From Oscillospiraceae bacterium (lineage in GTDB: Bacteria > Bacillota > Clostridia > Oscillospirales > Oscillospiraceae): DNA of 64,000 nt. The notes under the pieces are model-generated. The model had not been told where the DNA came from. It did no database searches and saw only the letters and a program-made list of their open reading frames with translations. Both the position numbers and the translations under genes were made by a program. Positions 35,714-45,868 of the stretch are shown here, piece after piece; positions within the stretch are counted from its first letter, which is position 1, and each line of letters opens with the position of its first letter. The DNA is taken from contig CACYXC010000010.1 in assembly GCA_902778285.1 (NCBI GenBank), forward strand, positions 9,323 through 73,322. The letters run 5' to 3'.

Positions 35714-38103
35714 AGTTTGGTCATGTTGATGGCTGCGGCGCGCAGCATCAGCTTCTTCGGCCCGAGCTGGTCAAAATCGATCTCGATCAGATAATCGCCG
35801 CCCATGGGGATCTTCTTGACAAGTCTGCCGGGCCCGAAGGCTTTGTGCTTTACGCGGTCGCCAACCTCAAAGCCGGCGGACGGAGCGGACTGCTTCGCAC
35901 TGTTCGGCTTCGGCGGCGCGGGCGGGCGGATAGTGCCGGAGCGCTGCGTCTGCGTGCTCCGGTGAGTATCGTAGCCGTATGTTTTCTGCTCGCGGCTCTT
36001 TTCCTGATAGCCGTAACCTTTGGGGACGTTCTTTTTGATATCTCCCTCAGGGATCTCGTCCACAAAGCGGGAGACGCGATTGGCCGTGGTGCGGCCGAAG
36101 AGCATGCGCTGCCGCGCGCAGCTGAGATAGAGATGCCGTTTGGCTCGCGTGATCGCGACATAGCACAGCCTGCGCTCCTCCTCCATCTCGTCGGGCTCTC
36201 CGATGGCGCGGATGCCGGGGAAGATGCTCTCCTCCGCGCCGACGATGAACACGGTGGGAAATTCCAGTCCCTTCGCGCTGTGCATGGTCATCATGACCAC
36301 GCTGTCGGCGTCTTTGTCGTAGTTGTCCAGATCCGTATACAGCGCGACGTTTGCGAGATACCCTTCCAGCGTCAGATCGCCGCTCTCCTTCATATACTGG
36401 AGGATGGAGCTCTTGAGTTCCTTGATGTTTTCGGCGCGGGCCTGATCCCTGTCGTCTTCGGAGCGCTCCAGAGCCAGCAGATAGCCGGTCTTCTCCAGCA
36501 GCTCGTCATAGACCGCGTCGGGCGAATTGAGCTCTGCGAACGCGCGCAGGCCCTCGATCATCTGCGCGAACTGCCGCAGCTTGACAGCCGGGCGGGAGAG
36601 TTCCGGCCAGCGGTCGGCCGTGCGGAGGATCTCAAACATGCTCGTGCCGTTGTCCGCCGCAAGCTGCCGCACGGTCTCGATGCTGCGCTCGCCGATGCCG
36701 CGGGGTGGGCTGTTGATGATGCGCGACAGACGCAGATCGTCGGCCGGCGTGCAGATCACGTTCAAATAGGCCAGCATGTCCTTGACCTCGGTATGGTCAA
36801 AAAAACGCGTACCGCCGAAGATGCGGTAAGGGATCCCGTTTCGCTTGAAGGCAAATTCCAGCTGACTCGACTGGGCGTTCATGCGGTACAGCACCGCGTG
36901 GTCGCGCCAGTTGGCGCCGGAGCCGTAGTTTGCCAGGATCTTCGAGGCGACGAACTGCGCCTCCTCATGCTCGTTGTCTGCGCAGTACAGTTCGATCAGA
37001 TCGCCGGAACCGGCGTTTGTCCAAAGCTCCTTCCCCTTGCGGCCGAAGTTGTTGCGGATTACGGCGTTGGCAGCGTCCAGGATATGCCCGGTGCTGCGGT
37101 AGTTCTGCTCAAGGCGGATCGTGCGGCAGTTCGGGTACTGGCTCTCAAAGGAGAGGATATTCTCTATGGTCGCGCCGCGGAACTTGTAGATGCTCTGGTC
37201 GTCGTCGCCCACCACGCAGATGTTGCCGGTCCCGCCGGCGAGCATGGAGGCCAGAAGATACTGCAGGTGGTTGGTGTCCTGGTATTCGTCGATCAGCACG
37301 TACCGGAACCTGCGCTGCCAGTAGGCGCGGCATTCCTCGTCCTCCTGCAGAAGTTTGACCGTAAAGGCGATGAGATCGTCAAAGTCCATGGCGTTTGCCG
37401 CAAAAAGGCGGCGCATGTATTCCTGATAGACCTGCCCCACCTTGACGCGCCTTGCGTCGCTGCCAGCGCGGGCCTGCTCGATGTATTCCGCAGGGCCGAT
37501 GCAGGCGTCCTTCGCGCGGCTGATCTCAGCCAGCAGCGAGCGCGGAGGAAAGCTCTTTTCATCGAGGTCCATGTCCTTGAGGATGCGCTTCATCAGGCTC
37601 TGGCTGTCGGCAGTATCATAAATCGAAAAACCGGAGCTGAAGCCAAGGCGTTCCGCGTCCCGGCGCAGGATGCGCACACAGGCGGAGTGGAAGGTGCAGG
37701 CCCAGATGTCGTTGGCGTTCTCTCCCAGCATCCGCTCCAGACGCTCCTTCAGCTCGCCCGCGGCTTTGTTGGTAAAGGTGATTGCCAGGATCCGCCACGG
37801 GTCGACGGGATCGAGCGCCGCGAGCTTCTGCGCCTCCGGTCCGCCGCGCCGCAGGATCTGAAGCTTCTCCTCGTCCGCGTCCGCGGGAAGCTCGTCGGAA
37901 TCGCCGGCCCGGCCGTATTTGAGGAGATTTGCTATGCGGTTGATGAGAACGGTGGTCTTCCCGCTCCCGGCGCCTGCCAGAATCAGCAGGGGACCTTCGG
38001 TTGCCATGACGGCCTCGAGCTGCCGGTCGTTGAGATCGGCGAATTCAGCGCGCACGACGGCCTTTCGTGCGGCGATATAGCGTTTTTCAAAGTCATTCAT
38101 CAT
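35710..38103 (-). CDS. pcrA: ATP-dependent DNA helicase PcrA/UvrD family
   Basis: ...LILAGAGSGKTTVL... (Walker A), a DEYQDTN box, and the C-terminal motif GDRVKHKAFGPG. I placed the start at ATG 38103 (MMNDFEK), because the track TTG start (38139) coincides with a -35 hexamer. Confidence 0.85.
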   Translation of the reverse strand: MMNDFEKRYIAARKAVVRAEFADLNDRQLEAVMATEGPLLILAGAGSGKTTVLINRIANLLKYGRAGDSDELPADADEEKLQILRRGGPEAQKLAALDPVDPWRILAITFTNKAAGELKERLERMLGENANDIWACTFHSACVRILRRDAERLGFSSGFSIYDTADSQSLMKRILKDMDLDEKSFPPRSLLAEISRAKDACIGPAEYIEQARAGSDARRVKVGQVYQEYMRRLFAANAMDFDDLIAFTVKLLQEDEECRAYWQRRFRYVLIDEYQDTNHLQYLLASMLAGGTGNICVVGDDDQSIYKFRGATIENILSFESQYPNCRTIRLEQNYRSTGHILDAANAVIRNNFGRKGKELWTNAGSGDLIELYCADNEHEEAQFVASKILANYGSGANWRDHAVLYRMNAQSSQLEFAFKRNGIPYRIFGGTRFFDHTEVKDMLAYLNVICTPADDLRLSRIINSPPRGIGERSIETVRQLAADNGTSMFEILRTADRWPELSRPAVKLRQFAQMIEGLRAFAELNSPDAVYDELLEKTGYLLALERSEDDRDQARAENIKELKSSILQYMKESGDLTLEGYLANVALYTDLDNYDKDADSVVMMTMHSAKGLEFPTVFIVGAEESIFPGIRAIGEPDEMEEERRLCYVAITRAKRHLYLSCARQRMLFGRTTANRVSRFVDEIPEGDIKKNVPKGYGYQEKSREQKTYGYDTHRSTQTQRSGTIRPPAPPKPNSAKQSAPSAGFEVGDRVKHKAFGPGRLVKKIPMGGDYLIEIDFDQLGPKKLMLRAAAINMTKL

Positions 38104-38110
38104 GTCGCAG

Positions 38111-38139
38111 ATTGTACCACATTTCTCCGGCGCATACAA
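38111..38139 (-). promoter_or_regulatory. Strong sigma-A promoter abutting the pcrA start codon
   Basis: Minus strand: TTGTAT (38139..38134), 17 nt, extended -10 TGGTACAAT (38119..38111), then only 7 nt before ATGATG. Confidence 0.55.
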
Positions 38140-38230
38140 GCCTTAAGAATTGTTAAGCCCCGTCTGTCTTGCCATTTTTATCCCTATCGTGTATAATGAC
38201 TTCCAAGTATGCGGAAAGGAGAAGGATGTC

Positions 38231-38947
38231 ATGGACGAGCAGATCCTTCAGTTGAAAAACTGGGTCGCGGAGAGCGACAACATCGTGTTCTTCGGCGGCG
38301 CAGGCGTCAGCACGGAGAGCGGCATCCCCGATTTTCGCAGCGTCGACGGCCTGTACAATCAAAAGTGGCGCTTTCCGCCCGAGACGATCCTGAGCCACAG
38401 CTTTTTTGAGAGAGATCCCGAGGAGTATTATCGCTTCCACAGGGAAAAGCTCGTGATCGACGGCGTCAGGCCGAATCGCGCCCATCTGCGTCTGGCCGAG
38501 CTGGAGCGGGAGGGAAAGCTGCGCGCCGTCGTGACGCAGAATATCGACGGGCTCCATCAGGCCGCCGGGAGCAAAAAAGTGCTCGAGCTGCACGGCAGCA
38601 TCCTGCGAGCCTATTGCTCCCGCTGCCGCCGCCCCTATCCGGCCGAGCGCATGAACCACGGGACGGGCGTGCCCCGCTGCAGCTGCGGCGGCGTCATCCG
38701 GCCGGACATCGTGCTGTATGAGGAGCCGCTGGATCAGGACGTCATGCGCGAGGCCGTTGACTACATCCGCAAGGCGGATGTGCTCATCGTCGGCGGGACC
38801 TCGCTCGCCGTCTATCCCGCGGCGGGTCTTATCAACTATTACCGGGGAAATAAACTGGCGCTGGTCAACAGGGGCAGAACGCCCTATGACAGCTATGCCG
38901 ATCTGGTCATCCACAAGAACATCGGTGACGTATTCAGCCAGATATAA
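38231..38947 (+). CDS. cobB: NAD-dependent protein deacylase (Sir2 family)
   Basis: GAGVSTESGIPDFRS, QNIDGLH, and Zn ribbon CSRC...CSCGG. ATG 38231 lies behind AAAGGAGAAGG. Confidence 0.85.
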   Translation: MDEQILQLKNWVAESDNIVFFGGAGVSTESGIPDFRSVDGLYNQKWRFPPETILSHSFFERDPEEYYRFHREKLVIDGVRPNRAHLRLAELEREGKLRAVVTQNIDGLHQAAGSKKVLELHGSILRAYCSRCRRPYPAERMNHGTGVPRCSCGGVIRPDIVLYEEPLDQDVMREAVDYIRKADVLIVGGTSLAVYPAAGLINYYRGNKLALVNRGRTPYDSYADLVIHKNIGDVFSQI

Positions 38948-38956
38948 GGAGTACAT

Positions 38957-39631
38957 ATGGCCAAGGGAAAGCTGATCGTGCTCGAGGGGATCGACGGCAG
39001 CGGAAAGTCTGCCCAGTATCGCCGCCTCTGCGCACGAATGGAAAAGGACGGAATCGAGTATACTCATATTGTCTTTCCGCGCTACGACAAGGAGAGCAGC
39101 GCGCTGATCCGCATGTATCTGGGCGGCGCTTTCGGCAGCAGCCCCTCCGACGTGAACGCCTATACTGCCTCGACCTTCTTTGCGGTGGACCGTTTCGCGG
39201 CCTATAAGACCGAATGGGGCAGGATCTATGAAGAGGGCGGCCTGATCCTTTCGGACCGCTACACCACCTCCAATGCCGTACATCAGGGTTCCAAGCTCCC
39301 GGAAGAGGAGCTTCCGGCCTTCTTTTCCTGGCTCTCCGATTTGGAGTACGGAAAGATGGGCCTCCCCAGGCCGGATCTGGTGATCTACCTCGATGTGGAT
39401 TTGCAGACATCCCTGGCCCGCCTGCGCCGCAGGCAGGAGAAGAATCATACCAGCGCCGACATCCATGAGCAGGACATCGCCTATCTGCGCCGCTGCCTGA
39501 ACACGGCCGATATGGCCGCCCGGCATTATGGCTGGACAAGGATCGCGTGCCGCAGGGATGGCAAAGAGCGTGAGCTGGAAGAGAAGAACGACGAGATCTA
39601 CCGCATCCTGCTCGACAGCATCGGAAAATAA
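38957..39631 (+). CDS. tmk: Thymidylate-kinase-family protein
   Basis: P-loop LEGIDGSGKSAQ and ...DRYTTSN..HQG... It is longer than canonical Tmk, so the exact substrate is uncertain. Confidence 0.6.
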   Translation: MAKGKLIVLEGIDGSGKSAQYRRLCARMEKDGIEYTHIVFPRYDKESSALIRMYLGGAFGSSPSDVNAYTASTFFAVDRFAAYKTEWGRIYEEGGLILSDRYTTSNAVHQGSKLPEEELPAFFSWLSDLEYGKMGLPRPDLVIYLDVDLQTSLARLRRRQEKNHTSADIHEQDIAYLRRCLNTADMAARHYGWTRIACRRDGKERELEEKNDEIYRILLDSIGK

Positions 39632-39632
39632 T

Positions 39633-39658
39633 GGAAAAGGGGCTTCCTGAGAAGCCCC
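39633..39658 (-). terminator. Terminator of the Cys-rich sORF (hairpin shared with the tmk 3' end)
   Basis: GGGGCTTC-CTGA-GAAGCCCC (39639..39658), with a TTTT run only on the minus strand. Confidence 0.55.
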
Positions 39659-39670
39659 CGAAAAAGAGAT

Positions 39671-39835
39671 TCAGTTGCAGCCGCAGCCGCAGTTGTTGTC
39701 GCAGCCGCAGCCGCAGTTGTTGTCGCAGCCGCAGCCGTTGTTGCAGCCGCATCCGAAGCCGTTGTTGCCCCAGCCGAAGAGGATAATCAGAAGGATGATG
39801 ATCCAGAGGCTGTTGTTACAGCTGTTGCAGAACAT
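39671..39835 (-). CDS. 54-aa Cys/Asn/Gly-rich tiny membrane protein (YjcZ-like, by recollection)
   Basis: Absent from the track (<60 aa). My own translation: MFCNSCNNSLWIIILLIILFGWGNNGFGCGCNNGCGCDNNCGCGCDNNCGCGCN*. GGAGAAAGGG lies 7 nt upstream of ATG 39835, and a terminator follows the stop. Confidence 0.65.
   Translation of the reverse strand: MFCNSCNNSLWIIILLIILFGWGNNGFGCGCNNGCGCDNNCGCGCDNNCGCGCN
39677..39745 (-). repeat. Tandem 24-bp repeat inside the sORF (encodes the CGCGCDNN units)
   Basis: GCAGCCGCAGCCGCAGTTGTTGTC occurs twice (39677..39700 and 39701..39724), followed by a partial third unit. Confidence 0.8.
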
Positions 39836-39990
39836 GTTTTGCCCTTTCTCCGCGTTCGGTTTTCACTCTCTGCGCGCCCCGCGGACAGGCCGGCAGCGCT
39901 TTCGCGGTAAAGTGCAGGTTTTGCCCTGCTCACACCATCATATGATTCTCATTCTCTTCCCGTTACAGTCATCAGACAAGGAGTTCCTGT

Positions 39991-41331
39991 ATGGCAGAAA
40001 AGCAAGATATCGTCGAAGAAGTTTTCAGCGCCGAGGCGGAGCGCAGCCCCGGCCGGCATGCCGCGCGTCCCGAGAGCGCGGCAGCCAGGCAAAAGCCTGC
40101 CCGGGAGAAGGGCCCTTCCCTCAGCAGCGTTGACAAGCTCCTGATCGACGAGACCGGCGAGGAAGCCTATAATTACACGGGGGACGAGGCGTCGGAGCGG
40201 GATTACCGCCCGATCCGCCAGAGCCATGAGTACCGCTCCGGCTGTCTGGGCGGGATCATGTACTTCGCGTTCATCCTCTGCCTCGGCGTTGTGCTTGCCT
40301 GCCTCGCCTGGATGGCAGCCAGCGATATGCTGGCCCTGAACAAGACGCCGTTTACCACGACGCTTACGCTCCCGTCGAGCATCTTTACGTCCGAGACCGT
40401 CGATACCTTCGATGAAGCCGGCGTGAAGACCGGCACCAAGCGCGTCACGCACGCGGACATGGACTACGTGGCGGAGATGCTCAAGGATGCCGGCCTGATC
40501 GAGAACAAGTGGCTTTTCAAGCTCTTCGCGCAGTTTTCGCACGCTGACACCAAGCTCAAGCCCGGTGAATATGAGCTGCACTCCACATACGACTACCGCG
40601 CGCTGGTGCAGAACATGCGTCCCGGCTCCGGCGCCGCCGTCACCGTTTCCGTGACCTTCCCGGAGGGCTACAGCCTGCGGCAGACCTTTCTGCTGCTGGA
40701 GGACAAGGGCGTTGCCAATTACGATGATCTGATGAGCGCCGCGGCGAGCTATAAATTCAACTACGACTTCCTCGATGATCTCGACTCCGAGCAGGCAAAC
40801 CGCCTGGAAGGCTTCCTCTTCCCGGACACCTACGAGTTTTATGTCGGGATGCAGCCCTCCAGCGCCATCAATAAATTCCTCGAGAATTTCCATTACCGCA
40901 TGACGGCAGAGCTTCTGCAGCGCATGGAGGAGCGCGGGCAAAACATCCACGACGTCATCACCATCGCCTCCATGATCGAGAAGGAGGCCGCCAACGACAA
41001 TGAGCGCGCCACCATCGCCTCGGTCATCTACAACCGACTGCGCACCGGTATGCCGCTCGGCATCGACGCGACCACCCTCTATCTCTATCCCGACCACGAG
41101 GGGGCCCCGACAGCGAGCATGCTTGAGGAGGACACCCCTTACAATACCCGCCTGTATACCGGCCTCACGCCTACGCCGATCTGCAATCCCGGCCTGACCT
41201 CGATCCGCGCGGCGCTCTATCCGGAGAACACCAATTTCTATTATTATGCGCTCGACTCCGAGACCGGTCTGCATAAGTTCTTCACCAATGCCTATGAATT
41301 CAACAATTTTGTCGCGACCCAGAATTACTGA
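39991..41331 (+). CDS. mltG: Endolytic murein transglycosylase MltG (YceG-like)
   Basis: A disordered N-terminus and one TM segment, then ...PEGYSLRQ...LEGFLFPDTYEF...ASMIEKEA...ASVIYNRL...YNTR...GLTPTPICNPG... Confidence 0.85.
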   Translation: MAEKQDIVEEVFSAEAERSPGRHAARPESAAARQKPAREKGPSLSSVDKLLIDETGEEAYNYTGDEASERDYRPIRQSHEYRSGCLGGIMYFAFILCLGVVLACLAWMAASDMLALNKTPFTTTLTLPSSIFTSETVDTFDEAGVKTGTKRVTHADMDYVAEMLKDAGLIENKWLFKLFAQFSHADTKLKPGEYELHSTYDYRALVQNMRPGSGAAVTVSVTFPEGYSLRQTFLLLEDKGVANYDDLMSAAASYKFNYDFLDDLDSEQANRLEGFLFPDTYEFYVGMQPSSAINKFLENFHYRMTAELLQRMEERGQNIHDVITIASMIEKEAANDNERATIASVIYNRLRTGMPLGIDATTLYLYPDHEGAPTASMLEEDTPYNTRLYTGLTPTPICNPGLTSIRAALYPENTNFYYYALDSETGLHKFFTNAYEFNNFVATQNY

Positions 41332-42544
41332 GCCGCTTGAGCTCCTGTCCCCGGCAGGGGACATGGAGCGGCTGAAAATGGCCGTCTTATACGGGGCGGA
41401 CGCCGTGTATCTGGCAGGGCGGCGCTTCGGCATGCGTACGGCGGAGGTGAGCTTTTCCGACGAGGAGCTCGGCGAGGCCGTCCGCTTTGCCCACAGCCGG
41501 GGCGTGAAGGTCTATGTGACCTGCAACACGCTCCCTCGGGAGGAGGAGCTGCGCGAGCTGCCGGGCTATCTCGAATACCTGCAGGAGATCGGCGTCGATG
41601 CGCTGATCATTGCGGATCTCGGCGTGATGGCGCTGGCCAAGCGTCACGCGCCGAAGATCAGCCGCCATGTCAGTACGCAGTTCGGCGTACTCAACAGCGC
41701 GGCGGCAAATGCCCTCTTTGATCTCGGAGCGGATACCGTAGTCCTGGCTCGCGAGACGCCGCTGGCGGATATCCGCCGCATCCGGGAGCATACGCCGAAG
41801 GAGCTTCGGCTGGAGGCCTTTGTGCACGGCGCCATGTGCGTCTCGTTCTCCGGGCGTTGCCTGCTGTCCAACTACATGACCGGGCGCGACGCCAACCGCG
41901 GCCAGTGCGCACAGCCCTGCCGCTGGAAGTATTATCTGGTGGAAGAGACGAGGCCCGGCCAGTTCTTCGAGATCAGTGAGGACGGCGGGACCCACATCAT
42001 GAATTCAAAAGATCTGTGCATGATTGAGCACCTGCCGGAGCTGATCGACGCGGGCATCAGCAGCTTCAAGATCGAAGGGCGCACGAAATCCGCGTACTAT
42101 ACCGCCGTTGTGACCAATGCCTACCGCCACGCGCTGGACGCCGCGAGAGCGGGGGAGAGCCTGGATCCCGCCTGGGTGGAGGAGACCGAGATGCTCAGCC
42201 ACCGCCCGTATACGACAGGCTTTTTCTACGGTGAGCCCGGCCAGCATTATCAGGAGGGCATGTTCCTGCGCAAGGCGGACGTGGTCGCCGTCGTGGAGGA
42301 GTGCGCGCAGGACGGCGCCGCACTGCTGACGCAGCGCAACAAGTTTTCCTCCGGCGACACGCTCGAGCTGCTTTGTCCGGGTCAGAAACCCGTTTCCTTT
42401 ACCGCCGGTGACATGACCGACGGAGAAGGACTTCCGATCACCGACACGCATCGGGCCATGATGCCTTTTCATATGCGGCTGCCCTTTCAGGCACCTCCTT
42501 TCTCCATCGTGCGCAAACGCAGAGAATCGGCAGATAATCCTTGA
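41294..42544 (+). CDS. Peptidase U32 family protein
   Basis: ...PLELLSPAGDMERLKMAVLYGADAVYL...VYVTCNT...GRDANRGQCAQPCRWKY... The start is uncertain (ATG 41294 or TTG 41309). Confidence 0.8.
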   Translation: MNSTILSRPRITEPLELLSPAGDMERLKMAVLYGADAVYLAGRRFGMRTAEVSFSDEELGEAVRFAHSRGVKVYVTCNTLPREEELRELPGYLEYLQEIGVDALIIADLGVMALAKRHAPKISRHVSTQFGVLNSAAANALFDLGADTVVLARETPLADIRRIREHTPKELRLEAFVHGAMCVSFSGRCLLSNYMTGRDANRGQCAQPCRWKYYLVEETRPGQFFEISEDGGTHIMNSKDLCMIEHLPELIDAGISSFKIEGRTKSAYYTAVVTNAYRHALDAARAGESLDPAWVEETEMLSHRPYTTGFFYGEPGQHYQEGMFLRKADVVAVVEECAQDGAALLTQRNKFSSGDTLELLCPGQKPVSFTAGDMTDGEGLPITDTHRAMMPFHMRLPFQAPPFSIVRKRRESADNP

Positions 42545-42568
42545 CAAATGGACGGTCTGTGGTAAAAT
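42541..42568 (+). promoter_or_regulatory. Promoter of the alaS T-box leader
   Basis: TTGACA (42541..42546), 16 nt, extended -10 TGGTAAAAT (42560..42568). Confidence 0.65.
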
Positions 42569-42574
42569 TACATA

Positions 42575-42795
42575 GGCTTTGACGAAAAGAGCCGGAATGA
42601 GAGCGCTTCAGAGAGGGATCGGCTGCTGTGAGATCCTGTGCTTCGCCCGGCGGCCGCTTCCGAGCCTCCCCGCGACGAGTGGGGCGTATGCCTGCGTTAT
42701 GGGCGCTGAGAGGTCGCTTTTGCGGCGAATCAGGGTGGTACCGCGAATAATCATTCGCCCCTGTTCCTTTTGGGACAGGGGTATCTTTTTTTCTG
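42575..42795 (+). promoter_or_regulatory. T-box leader (alanine-type by context)
   Basis: An AGAGA bulge, the T-box sequence AATCAGGGTGGTACCGCG (42728..42745), and the terminator GCCCCTGTTCC-TTTT-GGGACAGGGGT followed by TCTTTTTTT. Confidence 0.85.
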
Positions 42796-42805
42796 GGAGG
42801 ACATT

Positions 42806-45436
<2,631 letters not shown>

Positions 45437-45453
45437 AACAAGGAGGACTTCAC

Positions 45454-45801
45454 ATGAAAGACGAAAACTGCCTGTTCTGCAGGATCATCGCCGGAGAGAT
45501 CCCCAGCGCGAAGGTCTACGAGGATGACGACGTGTTTGCCTTCCGGGATATCAATCCTCAGGCACCGGTGCACATTCTTGTCGTCCCCAAGAAGCACATC
45601 TGCTGCGCCCGCTGCATCAATGCGGACAACTCCTCTGCTGTCGCCAAATGCTTCGAGGCGATCGCCAAGATCGCAAAAGCAGAGGGCCTGGATAACGGCT
45701 ACCGTGTGATCAACAACTGCGGGGAAGACGGCGGACAGTCCGTCATGCACCTGCATTTCCACCTGCTCGGCGGCGTTAAGCTGGGCGAGAAGATCCTTTG
45801 A
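45454..45801 (+). CDS. HIT-family (histidine triad) nucleotide hydrolase
   Basis: MKDENCLFCRIIAGEIPS... and the HLHFHLLGG triad. Confidence 0.85.
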   Translation: MKDENCLFCRIIAGEIPSAKVYEDDDVFAFRDINPQAPVHILVVPKKHICCARCINADNSSAVAKCFEAIAKIAKAEGLDNGYRVINNCGEDGGQSVMHLHFHLLGGVKLGEKIL

Positions 45802-45807
45802 TCCTAT

Positions 45808-45846
45808 AAAAGGCATCCGCAGAGTTATCTCTGCGGGTGCCTTTCA
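45808..45846 (+). terminator. Terminator after the HIT gene
   Basis: AAAGGCATCCGCAGAG-TTAT-CTCTGCGGGTGCCTTT. Confidence 0.7.
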
Positions 45847-45868
45847 CGTTTATGGAAGGAGGGGGACA

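Noticed and set aside
39675-40133. Plus-strand ORF MQPQPQLLSQPQPQLL... across the GC-rich tandem repeats.
   Set aside because: It has no RBS and runs through the mltG upstream region and start. The minus strand carries a compact sORF with a strong RBS, a hydrophobic helix and a terminator.
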